From assembly GCA_030770535.1 (NCBI GenBank), contig JASVEC010000001.1, positions 1-64,000 of the forward strand: a DNA stretch of 64,000 bases, read 5' to 3'. This DNA comes from Batkoa obscura (Eukaryota). Within the stretch, counting starts at the first letter, position 1. Every line of letters begins with the position of its first letter. Of this stretch, positions 34,064 through 46,221 are shown piece after piece. The position numbers were made by a program, and so were the translations under genes. Under the pieces are notes generated by a model that made no database searches, was not told the DNA's origin, and saw only the letters and a list, made by a program, of their open reading frames with translations.

Positions 34064-36415
34064 TTATTTAATAATTATTATAAATAAAATGAAGAATAAT
34101 AAATTTGAATTATAACTAGTTTTAAGGAAACAAGAAATATTTTGAATATCCTTAATGATAAACAATTTTCCTACTCTTTTGTTATTACTATCTTTAGCGT
34201 GAATAGAATTTAAAATCAAATGTGTGGAATTATTCATTGTCATAAATTGTACATTATAGCCATATCGATCCCTTTCCTCTCCTTTAGCTAAACATTTCAA
34301 TTGATTTTTGATTTGATCATAATGATAAATTTGTCCAGATTCCCACTGAGCTAACGGGTGATTGATTATAAGATGTTGGTTGTGAGATATCATTTTCATT
34401 CCTAATAACGAACCTGGATCTTTAGTATCTAAAAAAGCAGGAGTGTTATTATCTATTTCAATAATACTTTGATCATTGAGTAATGAATTTAATTCGTATT
34501 GATATATATGGTTTGTTAGCCAATCTAAATCCACTTTCTTTTTTACAGTTGCAGTAATAAATATGGAATTTTGATGGAGTTTAAAATGCTGCCCGATGTT
34601 TTGTATTGCGCCTTTGGCACTTATTTTGATAAATCGATTGTCAATAAAACCCTGATTATTTAATTTAATAACTTCAATCGCTCCTCTGTTATTGTATCTT
34701 GACATACCTACTAATAAATAGTTGTTTTGATTATAATTAATAAATTCAATATGGCTTCCGAAAGATACAAAGCTATTTAAATTATTTGGGAAGACACAAT
34801 AATCTGGTTGCTCTGGTATACCTTTATCTGTTGTAAGGTAAACACAGACGTTTCCAATAAGCTCATATTGATTATTTGAATAATTGGGTGAGCTTACTAT
34901 CAAATCCAACTTATTATCATTATTTATATCCTGGAGGTATACTTTTTCTGCAAAATTGGTATAACTACTTTGATTATAAAGTAACTTAGGAACAGTAAAT
35001 GTTTGTCTTAAAGCATATGTAATACCATCAAACAAGTGAAATCTACCTTGATATAAATTAGATTTATCAGCAGAATAACTAGGTTCGGTTATAATTAAAT
35101 CTTTTATATTTGTTGAGTTGGTAGTAATAAACTGAATATCATTTCCAAACCTACCACTACTCATAAAGCTCAAAGAAGGTGATTGTATTTCATTTAATAA
35201 GTTGAAATCCACATCATAGATATAAACTGAACCAAACTTGTTATACGTGTGATATTTGTTAGGCACACTCACAGCTATCAATTTAGCTTGCTCATCTACG
35301 GCTATAGAATAACCAAACATAGCATCAGGTTCTTTACCATAAACCGAGTTTGTGTTTAGCTTTTGATTGCAGTTTAAATCAACATCAGTTTTGTTAAGTG
35401 ATATTGATGTTGGTGGTGTTCTATCTTTGATGTTCGTAATTTCATCCAAGATTTGTTGAGGAGAAATGGAGCTTTGAGAAGATAAAGTATTTATAAAATC
35501 ATCCTGACTTGGTGCTGGATTTGTTAAATCGATTGATTGATATTTTGGGAATTGAACATTGCAAAAGCCTTTTTTTGTTGGCTCTTTATCATTTGCTTGC
35601 TCAATCCATTCTATTAAATCTTTCCAGCAATACGTAACATTATCAATCAACGAATTCAACCCTCCCTTAAAGTACGTTTCATATTGATCAACTAAGAATG
35701 GGGATTGGTTTGTTTCTAATCTGCCTAAAATTCTTTTCCCTTGTAGCTTAATGGCTTGGGTAGCCGAATACCCAAAGTTCATACATGTTTTCAACTGGGA
35801 TAAACTCAAATTATTATAATTCATTGATTTATAAATATTAATTAAATCCTCATACGGAACATCCCAAACTAAAGAAAGATGATCCAAATTTTGCATCCTT
35901 GCTAATACAAACTCTGCTCCAATATCTGCAATCGTATGAGCTTTACCATAATTATTACTCCAATCACTCTTTGATAATGTATCAATAAATCCCAAACTAC
36001 GTTGGTCTAACGAATGCCATGCTATATCTGCAGTACCATGTGAAACCATACCGAATAGAAAAGTTAACAAATTATAAAATTTATTTGTCTTATCATCTTC
36101 TGTTGCTTTATACCCATTAGTCAAAAAATTGTTGAGTTGTTGAGTATATTGTTGTTTGATGTAGTTTAAAGTAACTAAGTAAAAAGTTGGCCAATGGGCT
36201 TCTTCACTTTCGTTTGATAAGCTTAAACAATTGTAACCAAAGTCAGGGAAATAAGAGCCACTTTCTAAACTGTTACGGTGGAAGGATAAGAGCTTGAAGT
36301 AGCTTTCGTTATCATTTAAACGTACAATATTTCGTAAGCTTACTTCAATGTGTGTTATCATACCATTGCTACATACATTGTAAATATATAACAATATGAC
36401 AAATAGATACCTCAT
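34064..36415 (-). CDS. GPLD1: GPI-specific phospholipase D-like (Zn-dependent PL domain plus FG-GAP beta-propeller), intronless
   Basis: Signal peptide; GMITH, GSYFPDFGY, SEEAHW, FLFGMVSHGTADIAWH, AHTIADIGAEF; FGYSIAV, GRFG and DINNDNKLDLIVSSP repeats. Confidence 0.9.
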   Translation of the reverse strand: MRYLFVILLYIYNVCSNGMITHIEVSLRNIVRLNDNESYFKLLSFHRNSLESGSYFPDFGYNCLSLSNESEEAHWPTFYLVTLNYIKQQYTQQLNNFLTNGYKATEDDKTNKFYNLLTFLFGMVSHGTADIAWHSLDQRSLGFIDTLSKSDWSNNYGKAHTIADIGAEFVLARMQNLDHLSLVWDVPYEDLINIYKSMNYNNLSLSQLKTCMNFGYSATQAIKLQGKRILGRLETNQSPFLVDQYETYFKGGLNSLIDNVTYCWKDLIEWIEQANDKEPTKKGFCNVQFPKYQSIDLTNPAPSQDDFINTLSSQSSISPQQILDEITNIKDRTPPTSISLNKTDVDLNCNQKLNTNSVYGKEPDAMFGYSIAVDEQAKLIAVSVPNKYHTYNKFGSVYIYDVDFNLLNEIQSPSLSFMSSGRFGNDIQFITTNSTNIKDLIITEPSYSADKSNLYQGRFHLFDGITYALRQTFTVPKLLYNQSSYTNFAEKVYLQDINNDNKLDLIVSSPNYSNNQYELIGNVCVYLTTDKGIPEQPDYCVFPNNLNSFVSFGSHIEFINYNQNNYLLVGMSRYNNRGAIEVIKLNNQGFIDNRFIKISAKGAIQNIGQHFKLHQNSIFITATVKKKVDLDWLTNHIYQYELNSLLNDQSIIEIDNNTPAFLDTKDPGSLLGMKMISHNQHLIINHPLAQWESGQIYHYDQIKNQLKCLAKGEERDRYGYNVQFMTMNNSTHLILNSIHAKDSNNKRVGKLFIIKDIQNISCFLKTSYNSNLLFFILFIIIIK

Positions 36416-36987
36416 TATATTAATAAATAAACAAAAAAGTTAAATAAAAAGATGAATTAAAAATGGTTTATAATAGTAATCATCATAGTCATGCTTTTTT
36501 TTCTTGTTTTTAATTTACTTTGTTTGTCATTTATCATCTGCTCTTTACTTTATCCTTTATAATAAAATTGGGTAAAGGTATTATGTGGTTAAATGGTTTT
36601 GTTTTATTGGTTTAATCGATTTTTAAGGAACATAGTGTGGAAAAATTAATCATTATAAAATGTAAAACCTTTATCTTTTATATATGATATTGTTTATAAT
36701 GATAACTAAACTGCTATTGTAAATGTATTAAAATATTTATTGATTAAGAAAGTAATAATCACCTTTGTATAATTGCACAAGTTTTATATTTTTATTGTTT
36801 GAATAATAGCATGAACATTTTATACAATATTTATCTGATATCTTAATAAATTGAATTAATAATTTTCAAATTATATTAATATGTTATATTCTATAAATTT
36901 TTTGATTTTTTTGAATATTCAAAATATAAAATTCTATGAAATATTTATATTATAAATAACTTTTTATTAAAAAATGAGAAAAGATAA

Positions 36988-38559
36988 CTATTGATCTTGT
37001 TTATGGAATAAGAACCAAAATATTATAGTAAGTACACCAAGTAAGGAGGTTTGAATACCGAATAAAATTACAAAGTTAGGGTCTACAGACCAGATGGCTA
37101 AAATTAAACCTATAAGGGCACCACCACAGTTAGTGAAAAGATAAAATGCCATAACAACGGATTTGAGTTCAGGAGCAGCATATTTGAAAGCATACTCAAG
37201 TCCAGTAGCTGATGCAAAGATTTCTGAAACAGCAACCAAAGCATAAGCTGGAATTTGCCACCAAATACTTATATCGTTCATTGGATGTTCAACACCACTT
37301 GGGACATTGGTAAAGTCATAGTAAGGACCAGTTTGATAAACGATATGTTGTAATACAGTAGCATAAACAAACCCAAGGGTACAAAGAATAAATCCAATAG
37401 TAATACGTGTGATGGGACCTAATTTGAAACCGCATCTTCTTAATAATGGAAAGACAAACCCATCGAATAATGGGATACAAGCAACAATTACAATAGGAGC
37501 TACCAAGTTAAGTTGTTCAGCACCTAACCATTCTGGATGAGCCATACTGACACCCATGTTGATAAAGTTATCAAACATATTATAATAAAGTGCCCAATAA
37601 ACAACATAGAAGGAAAATACTTTACAGGCATTTAAGGTGCCTTTTAATCCATCAACAAATTTATCGTCCCATTCAATGCTGTTTTCTCTGCTTACTATAG
37701 CAATATCTAAGTCGGTTTCATTTGCAAAAGATGATTCAACCTTAGCATTATCTAACCAATGTTCAGCATTTGGATTTGATCCTTTATGGGCAAGAGCATA
37801 ACGAATGCATCTAATAGCTTTAAATAATGGGTTACCCTTGATCTCTTTTTCATCGAATTTACTCCTTCCAAGAATGAAAATAGCAATTCCGACCACAAAG
37901 ATGATTCCAGGAATACCATAAGCTAGAGGATATGAGTTACCCTGTCTAGCTAAGATAGGACATACCAATTGACCAGTGAAGGAACCAATATTAATAGCCC
38001 AATAAAAGTAACGGAACACACGTTCAACAGTTAAATCATAATCATAATAAGTATTATCATTGTTTCCAGATGGAATTAAACCATGAGGAACTTGTTCAGC
38101 AGCAAATGCTGATACATTAGCTTTGATACCACCGGTACCCCATGAGATGAAGAGATAAAGAGCAATACAGAAACCTGGTAAAGCAAAACCAGAATCTAAA
38201 GAGGCAGGAATTGCAGATAAAGATAAGACAATGAGACCAGCTAAATACCAAACAGCAAAACATAAGATAGTTTTAAATTTGCCTAAATAAGAATCCGCTA
38301 TACTAGCACCAATGATTGTGGTGAAATAACAGAGGAAACTGAAGGCTCTGTTCACAGCAGTAGCATTGGATTTACCAAGTTGTAGTACATCGAGCACATA
38401 AGGCACGAATAATAAAGAAGCACCATAAAATGAAAAACGTTCACATAGTTCCATCACAATGATAAACCATGCGGATTTTGGTACAGGGCCTGGTACCTTT
38501 TTGATCTCAGTGGTATCTTCATAAAAGCTTTGTTGATGTTTTGTTTTTGGAGAACTCAT
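36988..38559 (-). CDS. PTR2: POT/PTR-family peptide transporter
   Basis: ELCERFSFYG, IADSYLGKFKTI, GTGGIKANVSAF, YFYWAINIGS, GLEYAF..AAPELKS. Confidence 0.96.
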   Translation of the reverse strand: MSSPKTKHQQSFYEDTTEIKKVPGPVPKSAWFIIVMELCERFSFYGASLLFVPYVLDVLQLGKSNATAVNRAFSFLCYFTTIIGASIADSYLGKFKTILCFAVWYLAGLIVLSLSAIPASLDSGFALPGFCIALYLFISWGTGGIKANVSAFAAEQVPHGLIPSGNNDNTYYDYDLTVERVFRYFYWAINIGSFTGQLVCPILARQGNSYPLAYGIPGIIFVVGIAIFILGRSKFDEKEIKGNPLFKAIRCIRYALAHKGSNPNAEHWLDNAKVESSFANETDLDIAIVSRENSIEWDDKFVDGLKGTLNACKVFSFYVVYWALYYNMFDNFINMGVSMAHPEWLGAEQLNLVAPIVIVACIPLFDGFVFPLLRRCGFKLGPITRITIGFILCTLGFVYATVLQHIVYQTGPYYDFTNVPSGVEHPMNDISIWWQIPAYALVAVSEIFASATGLEYAFKYAAPELKSVVMAFYLFTNCGGALIGLILAIWSVDPNFVILFGIQTSLLGVLTIIFWFLFHKQDQ

Positions 38560-39949
38560 AATTGTTATAAAGTTATTTTATGTCTTCGGTTAGTATTGAG
38601 TTGACGAAGTAAATGTTTATATTTATTTATATTTGAATATAAACAAATACTTTTTTTTTTTATGTTGAAATCCAAAGCGATTTTACTTCATATTTATACT
38701 TTCTTTAATCTCACAATGGTCAGTGAGCTAATGATAAATAATTTTTTGAAATAGTAGATAATATCACCAATTGACATATTTGTATCAATTTAAATTACCA
38801 CTTTTGAAAAGTTTAAAACTTAAATCATAAAATTAAATTTTAGGTCATCTGATCAATGAGATCATTTTGGTACATTAACGTTTGGTTTTATTAAAATAAG
38901 GCCTAATTTAATCAATTATTACTCATAATTGTTCCTGTATTGAAGAATAATCTTATGTCAATAAGGGTTCAATTTATCTTAGTGAATTAAAAATAAACCC
39001 AGCTGACTGATGAACCCTTATTTCTGGCTAAACTATAATTTATTTGAATTAGAAGTCTATTAAAATTATTATGCTCTGCTAGTTGACACTTTAAAAATAT
39101 ATAGTTATAATATATTAATAAATGTTGTTTTGATAACAATATTGTGGTTATACATGAAAGTATATTAAAATATCATAGCATAATAGAAAATATTAAAAAA
39201 ATAAAGAATTAAACCACTTTCTATTAAATTAATAAATAATCTAAAAGCAGTGGGAAATCAGTACAACCAAATTCCGAATTGTATTTTCATAACTTTTTCC
39301 TAATAAAGTAATTTTCTTCAAAACTTCAAAATTGGATCGAATTTTAATTTTGATAAATTTTTCATTTTATTTTTTAAATGAGAACAATATTTATTTAATT
39401 ATGATGTTTGAGCCTATTTATAGTAAAATAACCCGACACCAATATAAAAATGAGCGTAAAATTATTATAAGTTGTTAATTTAAGTTGCAATATGTATCTA
39501 AATAAACGGAATTATCTATATATTGAAATTATATTAAAATGTCATTATTCCATCTTTCCCTGCTTGTTTTCTTAATTACTTTTGCGTTTATAAACTTAGT
39601 AGTATAATCACCAATTACTGATTACTATTCGTTTATGACTTTCACTTCAAATAATAAGTGAAAGTATAGCTTACGAGATAAAGTAATTTTCCAAAATGTC
39701 TATATAAACTTTCTATTTGGTATTACGTAAGAATTATAAATATACTATATATACTATATAGGTTTTTTAATAGCTTTCTAGCCTTTATCTATGTGACCTA
39801 ATAAAATTTGCTATATAATAAAGTAATGTCTACTAAGCCTATTAATAAAATATTTAAAAAATATTTTAAATAGTTTGGCTTCCTTTTTAAGCTTAAAAGC
39901 TTGAAAAAATTATAAAAAATTGACTTAATTAAAATCATTTTTCACTTGT

Positions 39950-40462
39950 ACATAAGAACTTTCTCTATAATTTGACCCAAAACCCACTACCACTTCTCCC
40001 TTCAGCCTTATTGTCATTACAAGTCAGCGGGCAGTTCTCTAAAGGTTAGAATTGCACTGAACTAAATTGCACATCTCTAACTCTCAAAAGGGAAAAAAAT
40101 TCTGGACACAATACTATCTCTTTTAGAAGCCATCTACTGATAGTTCCGTGTCCCTTAAGTCAGCTACTTGGGTATTATAAATTTTCATTGTTGTAAATAA
40201 ATTACTTGGGGTTCTCGCCTTTCAAGAAAATAAAAAAAGCACCTTATAAATAAATATTTATACAATTATTTTTAAAAAAGATTTTAATTTTTTAAAACTC
40301 TAACTACTAACGTCCTTATATAAAACATCTATTTTTTTTAAAACTGGTCTTATAATATAATTTTCTTCATTTTTATATATCAAATTACTATTCTATCTAA
40401 AGTCTAACTCATCAATCTCCCATTTCCCAAACTATATTAACTTAATATTACCGAAATTAGGT
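39950..40462 (-). pseudogene. Decayed MYST-family histone acetyltransferase fragment
   Basis: Minus-strand pieces in correct order: NIKLI*FGKWEID, R.P..N..YNNENL, VDGF*KR*YC(V)QN, VMT....GEVVVGF.S. They parallel the MYST core (RNI..I.FG.YEI; RHPPG..IY; EVDG.K.K.YCQN; YVLT....G.H.VGYFS) with stops and frameshifts. Confidence 0.55.
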
Positions 40463-41053
40463 TTTCCCTAGCAAAGATAGCACACAAAAACAACTCCATC
40501 TTAAAGTTCTTGATCTTTACCTTTTTTATAGTGGAAAAACTGACTACTTTCTGTAAAAACCTTCTTTTTTTAATTTTACCTTCTCTACTTAGTTGATATT
40601 TTTATACTAACAAATTGTTTTATCTAATAAAAAACTCAAAGTTGAATATTTTTGAATTCAATAAAAATAAAAATAAAAATAAAAATAGAATTTATATTAC
40701 TTTAGTTTATTATAGGTAATAAATTTTAAAAATAAGTTTTATATAGTTTAATAATTAATTTGTTATTTTATTTTTTTATATTAAATATATATTTAAATAA
40801 TTGTTATTTAAACAATTTTATAAAAAATTTAAATATAAAAAAACTCAATTAAAAAATCGAATTTTAAGTTTTATTTCAAAAAAGAATATAAAAAATATAA
40901 AACTATAAAACATCTTTTACATTATTATTTAAATATTAAAGTTAAATGATTTATATTATTTAAAATGCTTTAGCTATTAAAAGATGTTTATTAAATATTT
41001 TTTCGTTGATATTTTCTTTTTTTACATTAAAGTTATTATTCAAATTTGTTATA

Positions 41054-41154
41054 TGGGAATGTATTTTTTTATTTAAGGATTTCACTAACAATCTTTCTGT
41101 TTAAATAGGACTTAAGAAATGGAAAAAGTAACGAAACCAAAAAAAACATCCTCA
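41054..41154 (-). mobile_element. MITE family M, copy 8
   Basis: TGGGAATGTATTTTTTT...AAACATCCTCA, flanked by ATA/TAT. Confidence 0.88.
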
Positions 41155-41164
41155 TATTTAGTAA

Positions 41165-41747
41165 TGTGAAATATCGCTTCATTAGCTCTAGGATTGATTA
41201 TGATATAATAATCAATTCAGAGTTCCTTATATAGATTTACTGCGAGAATTGCTACCACCTGATCACGAAGAATCTATTATCCACGTTTTAATATCCATAC
41301 TTGACAACTATAATAAGGAATAACTGCTATAATATTTCTTATATGAGGATGTATTTTTTTGTTTAAGAATTTTACTAACAATCTTTCCGCTCAAATAGCG
41401 CTTAAAAAATGGAAAAAATAATGAAACCAAAAAAAACACCCCATATATAGCCACCCAATTGGAGTATAAAAGAGATTCTTCAACATACTAACTCGAGACT
41501 TTTTAACTGAATTACTCCCTGATATCGTATTATTAATAAAGCCATTAAGTCTTTCTAACAACATCTTACATAGATTTTACAGTAGTATCTTCTATTATAT
41601 TTGTTTTACATAGTTCGTAGCTTATTACGTATTATTCCTATTAATTTAAGTCTATCTTAGTTACATAAACTAAGACCTTTCGACTCAAGGCAAGTTAACC
41701 AAGCAAGGACTGCTTTTAACTCCAACCATTTAGTATCAACCTTCACA
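41165..41747 (+). mobile_element. Solo-LTR-like element (family L, copy 3) with 4-bp GTAA target duplication, interrupted by a MITE
   Basis: GTAA|TGTGAAA...CTTCACA|GTAA; homologous to copies 1 and 2. Confidence 0.82.
41344..41443 (-). mobile_element. MITE family M, copy 9, nested in LTR copy 3
   Basis: TGAGGATGTATTTTTTTG...AACACCCCA inside a TA tract; LTR homology resumes on both sides. Confidence 0.92.
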
Positions 41748-41812
41748 GTAATTATCATAATTTAAAAATAAAACAATAAGTTTTTATAAATTAAATTTCA
41801 ATTATCAAAGTA

Positions 41813-41911
41813 TAGGGATGTATTTTTTGTTTAAGAATTCTACCAACAATCTTTCCACTCAAACAGCGCTTAAAAAATGGAAAAGTGATGAAACCAAAAA
41901 AAACATACTCA
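41813..41911 (-). mobile_element. MITE family M, copy 10
   Basis: TAGGGATGTATTTTTTG...AAACATACTCA. Confidence 0.9.
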
Positions 41912-42577
41912 TACAGTAATTAAATATTTAAACAAAATTTACAGTAGTTTAAATCTAATTTAAAATTTTTTTAATGTAATAAACAAAACTCAAAATCATG
42001 TTTTTTTTATTTGAAAGCCTAGTTAATAAAAATTTTATTTAAGCATTTCAATAAACAAACAAAATAAATCAAATAGGACACTTTCTAAGAAAGGTATGAG
42101 AATAGAGAATTCAATACTATTTATTTTAACATAATGGGAGTAATTTATTTTCTATTAATAATAACTCATTTAAAGAGACAATGATTAACTAATTAAATTT
42201 CTAAATTGGTAACTACTACTTTTCATAACTTTTTAACCTTTTTTAAATTAGCTACAAAATCTTCCTTACTCTCCTCTATTAACTTCCATTATTTTTCACC
42301 AAGTATAAAATTTTGTTACCATTTTTCCAATCAAAAAGAATTGATCTTTACACTAGCAGTCACAAAGCTTATTTAAAAAAAGCGATTCAAAAAATAACAT
42401 TAACAAAAATCTACTCAAAAGGAGACTCAATGGCGTCATATTTGTTTCAAATTACCTTATTATAAAACAAGGATCAATCTATTAAAAGAAAGTTAGATAA
42501 TTAATAATCTCTTTTTTTATTAAATTTCTAAAATTTTAATTGTAATAATAAAAATAATAATATTAATAGTATAACAA

Positions 42578-43838
42578 ATGTCATTACTAACTACAATTTC
42601 TTGGTGTTTTGGTTGGGTAAGTTGAAAAGTGGACTATTATCAATTTAGTTTAATCCCTTGAAATTTTAATAGATTTATTTCTCAGCTTGGTCCATCTCTT
42701 TCTATCCACAAGCTGTTTTAAATTATAAACGTAAAAGGTAATTTGACTAAAAATTAACTTATTAACTCTTCCAATTAGTTAACTCCATTTCAATTATTTA
42801 AAATTTAGTGTTCAGGGTTTATCCTTTGATTTTTTATATTATAATGTTTTGGGTTTTTTTTGTTATACAGTAAGTTAATAATGTTATTATTATTGTCTAC
42901 TACTATTCATAATTATTCATCATTCTGATTTTTTAATTAAACACATAAGGTTTATAATTTCACTTTTATGTTTTCTGAAATAGTAAAAAAACAATATCAA
43001 GAACGATATGGCCCTAATGAGAGCTTAGTAAAGCTTAATGACTTATTTTTTTCAACTCATGCTTTAATGTTATCTTCCCTCACTTTATATCAAACTTTTA
43101 TTTATAAAGTAAGTTTTTTATAATTATTAATCAAATATATTAATATTTTTTTCTTCTTCATTTCTTATTTAAGCGTGATGAAGAACAAAAACTATCAATG
43201 TTTGGTACAAGGACATTACAAATATTATTAAGTATAATGGGGATATCTTTTTTAATTTCTTTGTTTGGTGGTATTAAGTGGTTAGATATGTTATATGTAT
43301 TTTCATTTATTAAGTTGATATTATCCCTAGTAAAATATATTCCTCAAGTAAGATAAAATGAAGTTATTTTTTTTAATCATTTAATTTTTAATTTTTAGGC
43401 TTATTTAAATTATAAAAGAAAATCGACTATTGGTTGGAGTATTCATAATATACTTTTAGTAAATTTTTAATAATAATAACAATAATTTATAAAATATTAT
43501 ATAGGATTTCACCGGTGGTTTATTTTCAATAGCTCAATTATTAATTGATTCTTCATTACAAAATGATTGGTCTGGTATTTTAGGAGTAAACTGATTAAAT
43601 TTATTAAATTTATTATACTAATCTATTATATTATTACTATTATATAGAATCCTATTAAATTGTAAGTTTTTATTTATATATATTATTTATACAGATACAT
43701 ATTAAACTATTATTACTATTTAGCTTCTTGGGCAACTTATCTATTTTATTTGATCTATTATTTATGTATCAGCATTATATATTGTATCCTCATACCGATG
43801 AAGAAGAACTTGAAGAAGGTTATCAAGCTTTAACTTAA
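42578..43838 (+). CDS. CTNS: Cystinosin/Ers1 PQ-loop lysosomal cystine transporter (about 9 introns; absent from the ORF track)
   Basis: Exons splice to GW|IYFSAWSISFYPQ..NYKRK|SVQGLSFDF..LNDLFFSTHA..KYIPQ|AYLNYKRKSTIGWSIHNILL|DFTGG..|NPIKF|FLGNLSILFD..QHYILY..GYQALT*. Confidence 0.95.
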
Positions 43839-43940
43839 AAATTATAAAAAATAAAAATTATAAAAAATAAAAATTATAAAAAATAAAAATAAAAATAATA
43901 GAATAGATTATTTTTATCTTATATTTTTTTAAAACAAATA

Positions 43941-45943
43941 TTATAAATCAATTAAATTCTCTCCATCATTCTCTTCATTTTCACTCTTCCCTATATTCTC
44001 TTCACTATTTTCTCTAGACAACTCCCTTTGCGGTAATGGAGGTGGAGACATATCCATCTGTAAAATAGTTTCAATACAAGTAGTTAAATCCCCATCTTTT
44101 GCTTCTAAAACAGCATTTAATACTTGTGGTTCATATGTTGGAAACATTTCAATTAACATAGCAATACCAGTATCAAATGGTAATGGTAAGGGTGAACTTA
44201 CTTTTGGTGAAGTGGTACTGGGCATGATCCCTAATAATTTTTCATCTATAGTAGCTGTAGAATTACGTCGCATCATAGTGGAACTGGGTATCATTGGTTG
44301 ATTGTTACTATTATTGTAAATATTATTTTCGTCTTCATCGGAATCTTCTTCACTTGAACTACCAAATAATTGTAATAAAAATGATTTTTTCTTTTTTAAA
44401 TCTTTTTTATTAATTGTATTATTATTATTATTATTATTATTACTATTAAATAAATCTTCATTGTCACTACTTGTATTTATTATTGGATTAGTAACATCAT
44501 TAATAAATTTATTCATTAAATCTAATGGTCTTCTTATACGTTGTGTTAATGGGGATTCTCTTCCAGATAAATCATTACTATTATTATTATTTTGTTCTTT
44601 TATTGTTGTATGATTAGATAATATTGGTGTTGGACTAATTGAATGATCTTGACTTAATGGAGTTATTGGTAAAGAAGTAGTTGTATCCATATCTAATTCT
44701 TTTAATGTATCTTCTAAATTCCTGTTTAAATAAAAAATATAATATTAATTATATTATATTATCATATTATAAATAAACAAATTACTTACTTATCAAATTC
44801 TTCTTTTGTAATAGATAAAGAAGTAGGTTCAATATTTTCAATAAAAGAACAAGCGGAATAAAATTGAGTAAGATAATAACCTGGTTCGGATAATAATTTA
44901 GATGGGTGTCTAAATCTTTGAATATATTGTAAATTAGAAAATAGTTGTTTAGGAGCTGCTTTAAGTATTGTTAATATTAATAAAGGTAAAAATGAATCGG
45001 CCCCTCCACTTGAACCTTTGTCTTCTTTTTCCATTTTTTTTAATAATGCAAATAAATATTTACAACAATTTAATAAACATATCATTTTATGTCGAGGAGT
45101 TTTGAACTTATTCACTTTTTGTAATTCTTGACTTGCAAATAATAAATAATATTGATTATGATCCGTAACTATTATATCTAAATGACTTTCTTTAATCCAT
45201 TTAAAAAATTTATATCGTTGTTCTAAAATATGATCTCGTTCATTATCTTCAGAACCAATTGGACAAAAACAATGAATATGTAATCGATTCATTAAATATT
45301 GTTCAATACCTTCTTGTAAATGTTCTATTAATTCTTCTCTGCTATCAAACATAAATTCTTCTTTTAATTCTTCTTTTTTAACTAATTCAAACCAAATTTG
45401 ATTATTAACCATTTTAACTAATATAAAATCCATAAACTCATGTATATTTTTAGTTAATTGTTTAAATGTATATGTTTTTCGGTCCAATTCTCTAACAAAA
45501 TTTTCTAAATAACGTAAGATATCTTTCGCTTCAGGGGACCTTATTTGATCTAAAAATTTAGGATAATCAAACTCTCCTTTACCACCACCAGAACTATTTT
45601 GTCGTATTATCATACTTGGACTAGGTTTAACTATTGGACTAAAAGCTATTGAATATTAATATTTAATCTTTTTACAATCTATTTTTTTATTATTGATTTT
45701 TTTACCTCTTTCTTTTTCTTTTTCTTTTTCTTTTTCTTTATTATTATTATTATTGTCATTATTATTATCATTACTATTACTGTTATCATTATCATTACCT
45801 TTCTTTATTTCCTTACTATTGTCTTCTTCTAAATTTAAATTCAATTTAGACATATCTAACAAAAGTTGAGCATTAGGTGGGGATATTTGATTTGGACTTT
45901 CAGGTAATTTAGTTTGGATCGCTAATTTAAATTCATCTTCCAT
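43941..45943 (-). CDS. VPS9: Vps9 Rab5-family GEF with C-terminal CUE domain (2 introns)
   Basis: FDYPKFLDQIR, KTPRHKMICLLNCCK, GADSFLPLLI, SNLQYIQRFR, GYYLTQ; CUE LIEMFPTYEPQVLNAVL. Confidence 0.94.
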
Positions 45944-46221
45944 AGTTCTATTTAATTTATCTTATATACTATATACTGTATTATCAATTAAAGTCTTCTA
46001 TATATTTTATTTAAGCCACTTATTTTTTTATTTTTTTATTGAATAGAACATGGGTTATTGTTTTATTTAGCCAATTAAATTAGGGGAATGGGAATTACTT
46101 GGCAGTGAGCTTTGTTCATGGTGATAAACCAATTAAAGAGGGAATTAATGAGTGATGTGTTCTAATGACATGAATGTAAATTTATAAAAATTGAAATATT
46201 GTTTAAATTTGACTATCTAAA

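Noticed and set aside
15190..38559. P450, MFS, ERG25 and PTR2 as a secondary-metabolite cluster
   Set aside because: No PKS, NRPS or terpene synthase backbone gene; interspersed with housekeeping genes.
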